Positions 22,333 through 29,546 of a stretch of DNA of 46,177 bases are shown here, piece after piece (positions within the stretch are counted from its first letter, which is position 1; every line of letters starts with the position of its first letter). The notes under the pieces are model-generated. The model was not told the origin of the DNA. It made no database searches and was given only the letters and a program-made list of their open reading frames with translations. Where the stretch lies: positions 1-46,177 of IMG/VR virus record IMGVR_UViG_3300035156_000180; one strand, written 5' to 3'. The position numbers and the translations under genes are program-made. The DNA comes from a virus.

Positions 22333-23773
22333 CTTCGGCAAACTCCGCTGGCATTTCAACCTCTAGGGCTGGGAAATGGTTTTTAATGTCTTTGATATTG
22401 CCCTTATAGAACACCAGCAAGTTTTGGTGTACGCGCACTACCTTGCGGCTGCCCATATTGCGGGCGGCCCGGATGGCTGCAGTGCCAATGGCATTTACTA
22501 TAATGATGTCGTTATAGAACTGCAGGCCCAGGTCGGTAAACAGCTTTACGTTGTCGCCAACAAAGTTGCGGTACACGCCGCCCTTGTCTCGTATCTCGGT
22601 AATGTTGATTACTACAAAGCGGTTGTCATTGAGCAGGCTCACCGCACCAGTAAATGCCTGGCGGTAGCTTTCCATAAACTCGGCGTAGGTGCCCAGGGTG
22701 CTCATATCCTCGGGCCGGTCGCTGTACACTTCCAGGTCGTAAAACGGCGGGCTGCTAAATACCAGGTCGGCCGTGGTGCCGGCAAAAATCTGGCCGCAGT
22801 GCCGGGCATCGCCAACCTGCAAATTAACCAGGGCTTTTTGCTCGTCAGTAAGCAAGCCAATTTTGGTGTAGGTTTCGGTAACCTGCTCCGGCCGTATTTC
22901 TGTGCCATGGTAGCGGTTGCCTGTAGCTGCTGCAACAAACGCGCTAACCGGCTCACCGCCAAATGGATTAAAGACTGTGCCGGGGCCGGGCATAAACCAT
23001 TTATATGAAACCTCACACAGCACCGGGTCTAGTTCGCTCACGCCGCTTGCCGCAAAAGCTTTGCCGCCATATTTGTCGCCCGCCAGGCTAGTTAGGCCGA
23101 GCGTGCCCTCGCGGGTTGCGCTTACGTCTCCGATGCGGTCGCCCCACGCACGGGCGCGGCTTTGCCAATAGCCCTGGCGTGTGTCCAGTATGCTAAATGG
23201 CGGCACCAAAAAAGCATCGGTTAGGCTGCCATGTTCCTCGGCCTGCTCGTCCTCGCCAACGCCCACGCTTGCCAACAGCTTTTTAATTTCGGCATCGTCC
23301 TGGCCGCTCAACCGCAGCAGCTCCTCACCATTTTCCAGCTGGCTTAATTCGTAGTCCATTTGCGCCAGCAGTTCCAAATCAAACTCGCCCTGGATGCGGT
23401 TGGCTGCAATATTGGCCGCGGCCTCCCAGCCGGCATCCCAGTCGACTTCGCGGTACGGGAATTGGGCCTGCCCGATAATAATATGGCCTATGCCCACAGT
23501 GCCTAAAGCATCGCGCTCAAGTGGGTATGGCTGCAGCATTTCAATGCGCACGCCCGGCTGGTTTTTCATTGCATTGATGCGTTGGTGGCCGCCCACCAGC
23601 TGCCCGGTGCGCACGTTAAATACTATGCAGCTTAGGTCGCCAAACTTTTGTATGCTCTGCTCCAGTGCCTTAAAATCATGCTCGCTAATGCGCCGCGGGT
23701 TCTTTACGTTTGGCAGTAAGTCGCGTATGTCGCGGCCGGCTGCCGGCTGGGTTGGTTGGTTGGCTGGGTCCAT
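22307..23773 (-). CDS. ParB-N (ParB/Srx-like) domain fused to a class-I SAM-dependent (DNA) methyltransferase-fold domain
   Basis: The N-terminus has NPRRISEHDF...VGGHQRINA (ParB-like). The C-terminus has VFNPFGGEP (motif I) about 70 aa before DLVFSSPPFYD (motif IV, SPPF). GAGGA lies 5 nt before the ATG at 23773. An alternative ATG is at 23785. Confidence 0.8.
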   Translation of the reverse strand: MDPANQPTQPAAGRDIRDLLPNVKNPRRISEHDFKALEQSIQKFGDLSCIVFNVRTGQLVGGHQRINAMKNQPGVRIEMLQPYPLERDALGTVGIGHIIIGQAQFPYREVDWDAGWEAAANIAANRIQGEFDLELLAQMDYELSQLENGEELLRLSGQDDAEIKKLLASVGVGEDEQAEEHGSLTDAFLVPPFSILDTRQGYWQSRARAWGDRIGDVSATREGTLGLTSLAGDKYGGKAFAASGVSELDPVLCEVSYKWFMPGPGTVFNPFGGEPVSAFVAAATGNRYHGTEIRPEQVTETYTKIGLLTDEQKALVNLQVGDARHCGQIFAGTTADLVFSSPPFYDLEVYSDRPEDMSTLGTYAEFMESYRQAFTGAVSLLNDNRFVVINITEIRDKGGVYRNFVGDNVKLFTDLGLQFYNDIIIVNAIGTAAIRAARNMGSRKVVRVHQNLLVFYKGNIKDIKNHFPALEVEMPAEFAEDDKTPSNG

Positions 23774-23831
23774 GTAAGTCCTCATTTAGTTAGTGGGTAC
23801 AATTATTACTATATCAAACTACTTATGTTTG

Positions 23832-23921
23832 CTCCCCTGCCCTGCGCTTGACCTCCCCCCTGTTTTATGTTTTAAGGTGTTAATCGAGAAATAAATTAAA
23901 AAACATAGCAGGGCAGGGGAG
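23832..23921. repeat. 14-bp perfect inverted repeat (23832-23845 and 23908-23921) separated by 62 bp
   Basis: ctcccctgccctgc and gcagggcaggggag were read directly. Confidence 0.85.
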
Positions 23922-24003
23922 TTACAATAAGTCAAGTAAATGCTATGAAATAAGGCTGCTGCAACCACTACAACAACACCTTAAGCCAATAGGGGTAGGG
24001 CAT

Positions 24004-24044
24004 AAAAAAACCACCGCCTGCGAGGTACGGTGGTTTCTTTTTTA
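24004..24044. terminator. Bidirectional intrinsic terminator
   Basis: Reads AAAAAAA-accaccg-cctgcgaggta-cggtggt-TTCTTTTTT. The stem is flanked by an A-run and a T-run. Confidence 0.65.
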
Positions 24045-24086
24045 GAGGTTTTGGTTTGGGTTTTATGAGGGTTTTGGTTTTGGGCG
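24045..24086 (+). repeat. G/T-rich tandem repeat (GGTTTTGGTTTGGG / GGGTTTTGGTTTTGGG)
   Basis: gaggttttggtttgggttttatgagggttttggttttgggcg was read directly. Confidence 0.75.
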
Positions 24087-24127
24087 ACGAGTTTATGGCT
24101 GCTCATCACTAAGCACATGGTAAGTCA

Positions 24128-24156
24128 TTGCTAACACCTTAGCAAGCACTTTTTTT
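24128..24156 (+). terminator. Possible plus-strand terminator hairpin
   Basis: TTGCTAA-CACC-TTAGCAA, then GCAC, then TTTTTTT. Confidence 0.35.
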
Positions 24157-24252
24157 GGGGCCTGTGGATGTTCAATTTTAGTGTACAGAGCGTTGTTAGA
24201 GCTGCCACAGAACCGCTAGTGTATACATTTTTTATACTCCTATTTTGAGCAA

Positions 24253-24735
24253 CTACTTTTGCAGGAAATCTATGACCCTGCGTTGAACAATTTGCGGTTT
24301 ATACGTCAAATCCACGGCCGGAATGTGCAGCAGCTCAAAGCCATATTGCCGCACATATTCATCCCGCTGCTGCTCGCGCAGTACGTCCTGGTGCCAGGCC
24401 CGGCCGTCAATCTCAATGCCCTTTTTGTAGTACGTGGTGCATACTGCAAAGTCAATATACATGGCCCCGGCCCGCACCTCCCGCTGCACCAGCTCGTTAT
24501 TTAGAATGGTACCCAGGCTGGTTATGCGGGCAAAACAAAAGCCGGTGCGCGGGTCTTTTGGCCAGGCATATTTTTTGTAGGTGCCGCCCATTATTGACAC
24601 AAAACGCAGCTCGGCCGGGCTTGGAAAATACAGCCGGCGGCGGCGGCGCAGCGCTGCCCTCTTTTTATAAAACTGGTACTTTAAGCCGCGCCATTTCCAG
24701 CGGGCCTTTATATACATATTGCGGTAACTGGTCAT
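24253..24735 (-). CDS. DUF559 / Vsr-like PD-(D/E)xK endonuclease-domain protein
   Basis: 160 aa. IDFAVCTTYYKKGIEIDGRAWHQDVLREQQRDEYVRQYGFELLHI matches the DUF559 core pattern (D...E.DG..H...D..R...L...G). It sits alone in the divergent control region. Confidence 0.65.
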   Translation of the reverse strand: MTSYRNMYIKARWKWRGLKYQFYKKRAALRRRRRLYFPSPAELRFVSIMGGTYKKYAWPKDPRTGFCFARITSLGTILNNELVQREVRAGAMYIDFAVCTTYYKKGIEIDGRAWHQDVLREQQRDEYVRQYGFELLHIPAVDLTYKPQIVQRRVIDFLQK

Positions 24736-24804
24736 GCTTAGATTATGTCATAGGTGGCAACCCCTGGTGGCTGCCGGGCCAAAAAAATACATGTGGAAAA
24801 GCAT

Positions 24805-24833
24805 TTGCATTGTTACGTGTATGCACGTACTAT
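24805..24833 (+). promoter_or_regulatory. Rightward early promoter TTGCAT-N17-TACTAT
   Basis: ttgcat-tgttacgtgtatgcacg-tactat, counted by hand. The palindrome atgcac/gtgcat overlaps the -10 region. Confidence 0.6.
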
Positions 24834-25048
24834 GTGCATGTACCTTACTTGTGTGGGGTAAGCAATTAACTAGGCAAACCGAAAATGTGGCCCGGCCCAA
24901 ACCGCCGGCAGTAATGATTAAGGGAGCTTGGAAAGGACCAAATGTATGTATACAGCAAATGCTGTGATTGGCTTGCTAACATGCAGCCGCCGCGATTGTG
25001 GGCAATATTTAATACATTGCCGGCATACGGACGGAGGGCGTTTAACAC

Positions 25049-25195
25049 ATGCCTAAATTACAAAAAACCGTTAAATACAAAAAGGGAGTTGCCATGTTTG
25101 GCCTACGCAAAACACGCCGCAAAAATTCGGGCGTACATATATACAAAGCTGTTAACGAGGGCTGGCCAAAATCTGGACAGTTCATCTACTACTAA
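25049..25195 (+). CDS. Possible 48-aa highly basic peptide in the early leader
   Basis: Hand translation gives MPKLQKTVKYKKGVAMFGLRKTRRKNSGVHIYKAVNEGWPKSGQFIYY. GGAGGG lies 10 nt before the ATG at 25049. An internal ATG at 25094 has AAGGGAG upstream. Confidence 0.3.
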   Translation: MPKLQKTVKYKKGVAMFGLRKTRRKNSGVHIYKAVNEGWPKSGQFIYY

Positions 25196-25218
25196 GCTTA
25201 ATATATATACCACTCTAC

Positions 25219-25316
25219 GGCCGGGCAGCACTACGTTGCCCACCGCGCCGCCCACCTGCGCAGACAATATTATATGCACCCAGGGCAAAGGCTGCGGTTG
25301 GCAACACTGCCCGGCC
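25219..25316 (+). promoter_or_regulatory. About 98-nt imperfect long hairpin in the leader of the rightward operon
   Basis: The outer stem is ggccgggcag / ctgcccggcc. The inner stem is gttgcc / ggcaac. The palindrome ctgcgcag lies in the centre. Confidence 0.5.
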
Positions 25317-25371
25317 CGTACACTTAGTACCCGTTATTTTATCCGCAAACTTAAAAAGGAGTTTACCGCCG

Positions 25372-25584
25372 ATGACACCCTCGATTGGACGCATAGTACA
25401 TTACAAACGTGAGGACGGGAGCATTAGCCCGGCAATTATAACGGCCGTTAATACAGCCGATATAGTACTCACCGTGTTTGGAAAAACCGAAACCCTGACG
25501 GGTATGATTAGCTACAACCAGGCAGCCGGCCCGGATAGTGCCGAGCCACGCAACTGGTGGTGGCCTGAAAGGATTGCAGGATAA
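25372..25584 (+). CDS. Hypothetical small protein
   Basis: 70-aa ORF with a strong SD (AAAGGAG) upstream. Confidence 0.65.
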   Translation: MTPSIGRIVHYKREDGSISPAIITAVNTADIVLTVFGKTETLTGMISYNQAAGPDSAEPRNWWWPERIAG

Positions 25585-26000
25585 TGCCGGCAACCAAAAC
25601 TGCTGCGGCAGTAGAGGGCGAGGTTTTAAGCACCGTAGAAATGCAGCAGCAATTGGCCAGCTTAGAAAACCAGCTAATGCAGCTGCCGGACTTTCAGCAG
25701 TTTATTGCGCTTACTAAATCAGTAAATGCCAGGCTGGCCGAAGTGCGGGCCAATGTTGAAGCGGTTATGGTGCCAGCCTACCAGCGCGGCGAAGTAGACA
25801 AATCTATCAAAGGCGATTGGGGCAGCGTTACCGTTACGGAAAGCGACAAGTTTGAGATTGATGAAGCACAGCTGGCCCCTAAGTTCTTTAAGAAAGTGGT
25901 GGACGAATCCAAAATCCGCGCTACGTACCAGCTGGAGGGCAAAGCGCCCAAAGGCACTAAGCCATACAAAAAGTACGGCATAATGATTAAGTACAAATAA
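25584..26000 (+). CDS. Gp157-like / coiled-coil recombination-module protein
   Basis: 138 aa. Has an N-terminal coiled coil and a position immediately upstream of recT, as in Firmicutes siphophages. Confidence 0.45.
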   Translation: MPATKTAAAVEGEVLSTVEMQQQLASLENQLMQLPDFQQFIALTKSVNARLAEVRANVEAVMVPAYQRGEVDKSIKGDWGSVTVTESDKFEIDEAQLAPKFFKKVVDESKIRATYQLEGKAPKGTKPYKKYGIMIKYK

Positions 26001-26008
26001 GGAGTAGC

Positions 26009-27088
26009 ATGGCCAACGACCTACAGACAACCAACAATAATGGGGTGGCAAAAAAGGCCACCCCCCAGGGCTTTATAAAAGACCTGAACGTGCAAAAGAT
26101 GATTACCGAGCGCCTGGGCAAGCGGGCAGGGCAGTTTACTACCAGCCTGCTTAGCCTGGTAAATGCCAACGCAAAAATTGCCGAGTGTACGCCAATTACG
26201 ATTGTGCAGGCGGCGCTTACGGCGGCCAGTATGGACTTGCCCATTAACCAAAACCTGGGCTTTGCCTACATTGTGCCGTACAAGAGTAACAAAAAGGTAT
26301 TTAACGCCAACACCGGGCGTGATGATTGGGTTAGCACTATGGAAGCCCAGTTCCAAATGGGCTGGAAAGGCTTTGTGCAGCTGGCCCAGCGCAGCGGCAA
26401 GTTTGAGTTAATTAACACCACCGAAGTACGCGAGGGCGAACTGGTGGGCCGCGACCGCATGACCGGCGAACTTAAGTTTGTATGGAGCGATGCCGACGAC
26501 CGCGACGACATGCCAGTAATAGGCTACCTGGCATACTTTAAGTTGCTTAACGGGTTTAGCAAATCCCTGTACATGACCAAAGCCGAGGTGGAAAAGCACG
26601 CCGGCCGCTACAGCCAGGCATTTAAGGGCAGCAGCAAAGCTAAGGCAGAGGGCCGCAAGTCATTTGATACCCCTTGGGAAAGCGACTTCGACCTAATGGC
26701 CCAAAAAACTGCGCTTAAATTACTGCTTAGTAAATACGCCCCGCTTAGCACCGAGATGCAGGAGGCCGTTACTGCCGACCAGAGCGTGGACGACGGCACC
26801 GGCCGCCAATACCTGGACAACCCAACCAGCGCCAACGATGATATGGCAAATGTTGGTGCCGATGAGAGCAAGCAAAACGATATTGTAAACCAGCACGCAC
26901 GCCCGGCTAACGTGGACGAAAACGGCGAAGTACACGACGATGCAGTTGAGGGCGAGGTGGTAGCGCCGCCGGCCGATGCACCCGCAGCCAAAGCTGCACC
27001 CAAAAAATCAGTTAAAGACATGGCAGCAGAGCGCGGCTGGACTGGTGGCAAGGGTAAAGATAAGGACGCCGAGCCGGCCGCAGCGTAG
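26009..27088 (+). CDS. recT: RecT-family single-strand annealing recombinase
   Basis: 359 aa. ...CTPITIVQAALTAASMDLPINQNLGFAYIVPYKS... is a typical RecT core. SD AAGGAG upstream. Confidence 0.85.
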   Translation: MANDLQTTNNNGVAKKATPQGFIKDLNVQKMITERLGKRAGQFTTSLLSLVNANAKIAECTPITIVQAALTAASMDLPINQNLGFAYIVPYKSNKKVFNANTGRDDWVSTMEAQFQMGWKGFVQLAQRSGKFELINTTEVREGELVGRDRMTGELKFVWSDADDRDDMPVIGYLAYFKLLNGFSKSLYMTKAEVEKHAGRYSQAFKGSSKAKAEGRKSFDTPWESDFDLMAQKTALKLLLSKYAPLSTEMQEAVTADQSVDDGTGRQYLDNPTSANDDMANVGADESKQNDIVNQHARPANVDENGEVHDDAVEGEVVAPPADAPAAKAAPKKSVKDMAAERGWTGGKGKDKDAEPAAA

Positions 27089-27091
27089 GCT

Positions 27092-27634
27092 ATGATTACC
27101 GTACATGATATTGAACAGGGCACGCCGGAATGGCTAGAATTGCGGGCCGGGAAATACACCGGCTCCAATGCCCATAAGCTACTGCGGTTTGGCGCTATTG
27201 AATATTCACGCACCGAGCAGGGTAGCTTTGGCGGCAACTTTTACACGCGCCGGGGCCACGTACTGGAAGATGAAGCGCTGGCCCTGTACGAACGGATATA
27301 CAAAACCCAGGTTGACCGCCCAGGTTTTATTACCAACAGCGAGTACCCCACCTGCGGCTACAGCCCCGATGGACTGGACGGACTTATATTGTTGGAGTGC
27401 AAGGCTTTTAACCCAGCCAAACACATGAAAATAATTAAGGAGGGGCCACCGTTTGAGATTGAAGCCCAAATACATTTTGGCCTTACGCTAACAGAGCTTA
27501 AGCAGGCCCGGCTAATACTATACAACCCGGACTTAGAGCCAAAATATGCGCTGCACATCGTCGAGATTAAAGCCAACCGTAACATTAAAAACAATTTTAG
27601 GCGGTACATTCTGCCACAGCCGGTGGGCATTTAA
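27092..27634 (+). CDS. YqaJ-type (lambda-Exo fold) recombination exonuclease
   Basis: The GTPEWLELRAGKYTGSNAHKLL opening and a PD-(D/E)xK core (DGLILLECK) are present. Confidence 0.8.
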   Translation: MITVHDIEQGTPEWLELRAGKYTGSNAHKLLRFGAIEYSRTEQGSFGGNFYTRRGHVLEDEALALYERIYKTQVDRPGFITNSEYPTCGYSPDGLDGLILLECKAFNPAKHMKIIKEGPPFEIEAQIHFGLTLTELKQARLILYNPDLEPKYALHIVEIKANRNIKNNFRRYILPQPVGI

Positions 27635-27650
27635 CACAGAAAGGAATCAC

Positions 27651-27893
27651 ATGCGGTTTATACCAAAAAACCCCACCCTGGCAGAGATAGTGCAGCGCCA
27701 ATACGGCACGCTGGAAAACTACCTAAACGACCCGCTGCAGATGAGCGGCAACAACAACCTTAATTACCGGGATATTATGCTGCTGCTCGATGTTAGCATT
27801 GCTGCTGCAGTAGACAAAACCGGCCGCAATAAACGCACCGTTATGAAGTGGCGCGACATCAGGGAGCAGGAGGCCCAGGCAAATGGCAACTAA
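27651..27893 (+). CDS. Hypothetical small protein (possible HTH)
   Basis: The ATG at 27651 is preceded by AAGGAA. The longer ORF-track version overlaps the exonuclease gene. Confidence 0.5.
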   Translation: MRFIPKNPTLAEIVQRQYGTLENYLNDPLQMSGNNNLNYRDIMLLLDVSIAAAVDKTGRNKRTVMKWRDIREQEAQANGN

Positions 27894-28473
27894 AGGTATT
27901 AAACTAGGCCCAGCCGCCCAGCGAGTGGTTAGCGGGCCGGAGCCTAAAGATATGGACGAGGCGCTGGCAAATGCCAAAGCCCTGGTAGATGAAATTAACG
28001 GGCCAGACCAGGCCGACATGATTGTTAAAGTTAAGCAGCTGGATGGCCACATATTCAATTGCAACGGCCGGCTTAAAACACTCAAAGAAGAATTGGACGA
28101 GCTACTGGAAGAACACACCGCCTACCAGGAGCTGGTTAAGGCTAAGGAAGCCATGGCCCGCGCAAAAGACGGCCTGCAGCGTGCCCTTATGGGTAACGAG
28201 CGCTACAACGAGTTAATGGAAGCCATAGCCGCCGAGCGTACCGACATTAAAGAAACCAAATACACTTTAAGTGCATACCTGGTTGAGCATTACGCCCAAA
28301 CCCACGCCCACCAAATAGAACTGGACGGCGAGGGCCAGGCCCGTGATGTGGTAGTAACCGGTAAGCTGGGCAAGCCTGGCAAGTTCCAAACCAATTTATT
28401 TACCAATAATGACAGCCCGGCCGCAGTTACCGAGGGGCAATCTGCTATGGGCATGCGGAGGCAACCAGAATGA
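27883..28473 (+). CDS. Hypothetical coiled-coil protein
   Basis: 196-aa ORF in the array. Confidence 0.6.
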   Translation: MATKGIKLGPAAQRVVSGPEPKDMDEALANAKALVDEINGPDQADMIVKVKQLDGHIFNCNGRLKTLKEELDELLEEHTAYQELVKAKEAMARAKDGLQRALMGNERYNELMEAIAAERTDIKETKYTLSAYLVEHYAQTHAHQIELDGEGQARDVVVTGKLGKPGKFQTNLFTNNDSPAAVTEGQSAMGMRRQPE

Positions 28474-28652
28474 ATGACGAATTAAAACCCGAGGGCGTAA
28501 AGGTAATACAGCTGGTTAGCAACACCATACCGCGGCCGGCCAATCCGATGAACCAGGCCCCCGGCGGTTTTAGTATCGCCATTTATGGGCTGGGCGATGA
28601 CGGCAATTTGTACTCGTTTAATTTTAAGCAGCGCAAATGGGCGGCCGCATAA
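28470..28652 (+). CDS. Hypothetical small protein
   Basis: 60 aa. ATGA overlap with the upstream gene. Confidence 0.5.
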   Translation: MNDELKPEGVKVIQLVSNTIPRPANPMNQAPGGFSIAIYGLGDDGNLYSFNFKQRKWAAA

Positions 28653-28867
28653 TGCTGGACGACATATACTATTACGCAGTTGAATACAGCCCGGTAGTGC
28701 TAACCATAACAGCCACAATCATATGTACCATTGTTGCCGGCAACATATTTTGGGGCGCAATATTAGGGCTTTTGCTTACCGCCAGCGTTGCATTGATGAT
28801 GCAAAAGGCCAGCGACAACACGCTGCGCCAGGTTAAAACAGTACTAAAAAGGCGGCGCAATGGCTAA
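28652..28867 (+). CDS. Small two-TM membrane protein
   Basis: TAATG overlap start. MLDDIYYYAVEYSPVVLTITATIICTIVAGNIFWGAILGLLLTASVALMM. Confidence 0.5.
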   Translation: MLDDIYYYAVEYSPVVLTITATIICTIVAGNIFWGAILGLLLTASVALMMQKASDNTLRQVKTVLKRRRNG

Positions 28868-29072
28868 GGGCAGCCAAAAGGGTTACGTTACCCTGCAGTT
28901 TAGAGACCCCCGCACGGGCCAGGTGTACCACCAATCTGTTAAAGTTGGCAGCAGCGTACATAAAAACTGGCTGCGGCAAAAGCGGCAGCATGAGAAAATA
29001 CAGCGGGCCGCCCGGCAAGCTGCAAAGCGGCCACCAATGTACGGCGACGGCCTAGACCGGATAATACTGTAA
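28860..29072 (+). CDS. Hypothetical basic protein
   Basis: 70-aa ORF, overlap-coupled. Confidence 0.5.
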   Translation: MAKGSQKGYVTLQFRDPRTGQVYHQSVKVGSSVHKNWLRQKRQHEKIQRAARQAAKRPPMYGDGLDRIIL

Positions 29073-29506
29073 TGCCCGCCGATGCTACCACCCGCAGCGC
29101 AGCGGCTAAGAAAGCTGCAGCAACCCGTATGGCTACTACCACAGCCGAGGAGCGTTCAGCGGCGGCCAAAAAGGCTGCAGCCACCCGCAAAGCCAACGGC
29201 ACCGACAGGCATGTTGATAAGCGCACACCTGATGCCCGCAGCGCTGCAGCTAAAAAAGCAGCCGAGACACGCAAGGCCCGTGGGTTTAAGGCATTTGCTA
29301 CCGTTACCAAAGAGCAGCGCGTTGCAGCTGCCCGAAAAGCAGCCATTACCCGCCGGGCCAACGAAGCTGCAGACCCAAATGCCAGAGCCAAACGCCTGGC
29401 TGCAGCACGCAAGGCCGCAACCACCAGGCTAATTGCCAGGGCCGCTATGCGCCAGGCATCTATTGACAACGATGTGGTGGCCGTGCGCCGGCTGTATGGC
29501 CAATAG
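29072..29506 (+). CDS. Basic Ala/Lys/Arg repeat protein (histone-H1/AlgP-like), five copies of an [RS]AAA[KR]KAAxTR unit
   Basis: The repeats are TRSAAAKKAAATR, ERSAAAKKAAATR, ARSAAAKKAAETR, QRVAAARKAAITR and KRLAAARKAATTR. Codons differ between copies. Confidence 0.65.
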   Translation: MPADATTRSAAAKKAAATRMATTTAEERSAAAKKAAATRKANGTDRHVDKRTPDARSAAAKKAAETRKARGFKAFATVTKEQRVAAARKAAITRRANEAADPNARAKRLAAARKAATTRLIARAAMRQASIDNDVVAVRRLYGQ

Positions 29507-29546
29507 TGTATACTGAATTGTGTAAACATAACCGTAAAGGGTTAAG

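Noticed and set aside
23832-23921. The 90-bp unit with 14-bp terminal inverted repeats as a MITE-like mobile element
   Set aside because: No target-site duplication flanks it (left flank ...tgtttg, right flank ttacaa...). I found no second copy in the window. It is reported only as an inverted repeat.
24942-25412. 156-aa plus-strand ORF with an AAGGA upstream, downstream of the early promoter
   Set aside because: The translation is Cys/Thr/Leu/Lys-rich and unstructured-looking. It runs through the 98-nt hairpin and overlaps the well-supported 25372 gene by 41 nt. It is kept only as a remote possibility. The interval is treated as a leader, with an optional 48-aa ORF.
28939-29529. 196-aa minus-strand ORF opposite the H1-like repeat gene
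   Set aside because: The plus-strand frame is overlap-coupled to its neighbours (29072) and shows the protein-level repeat. The antisense frame is an Ala/Arg-rich ghost.
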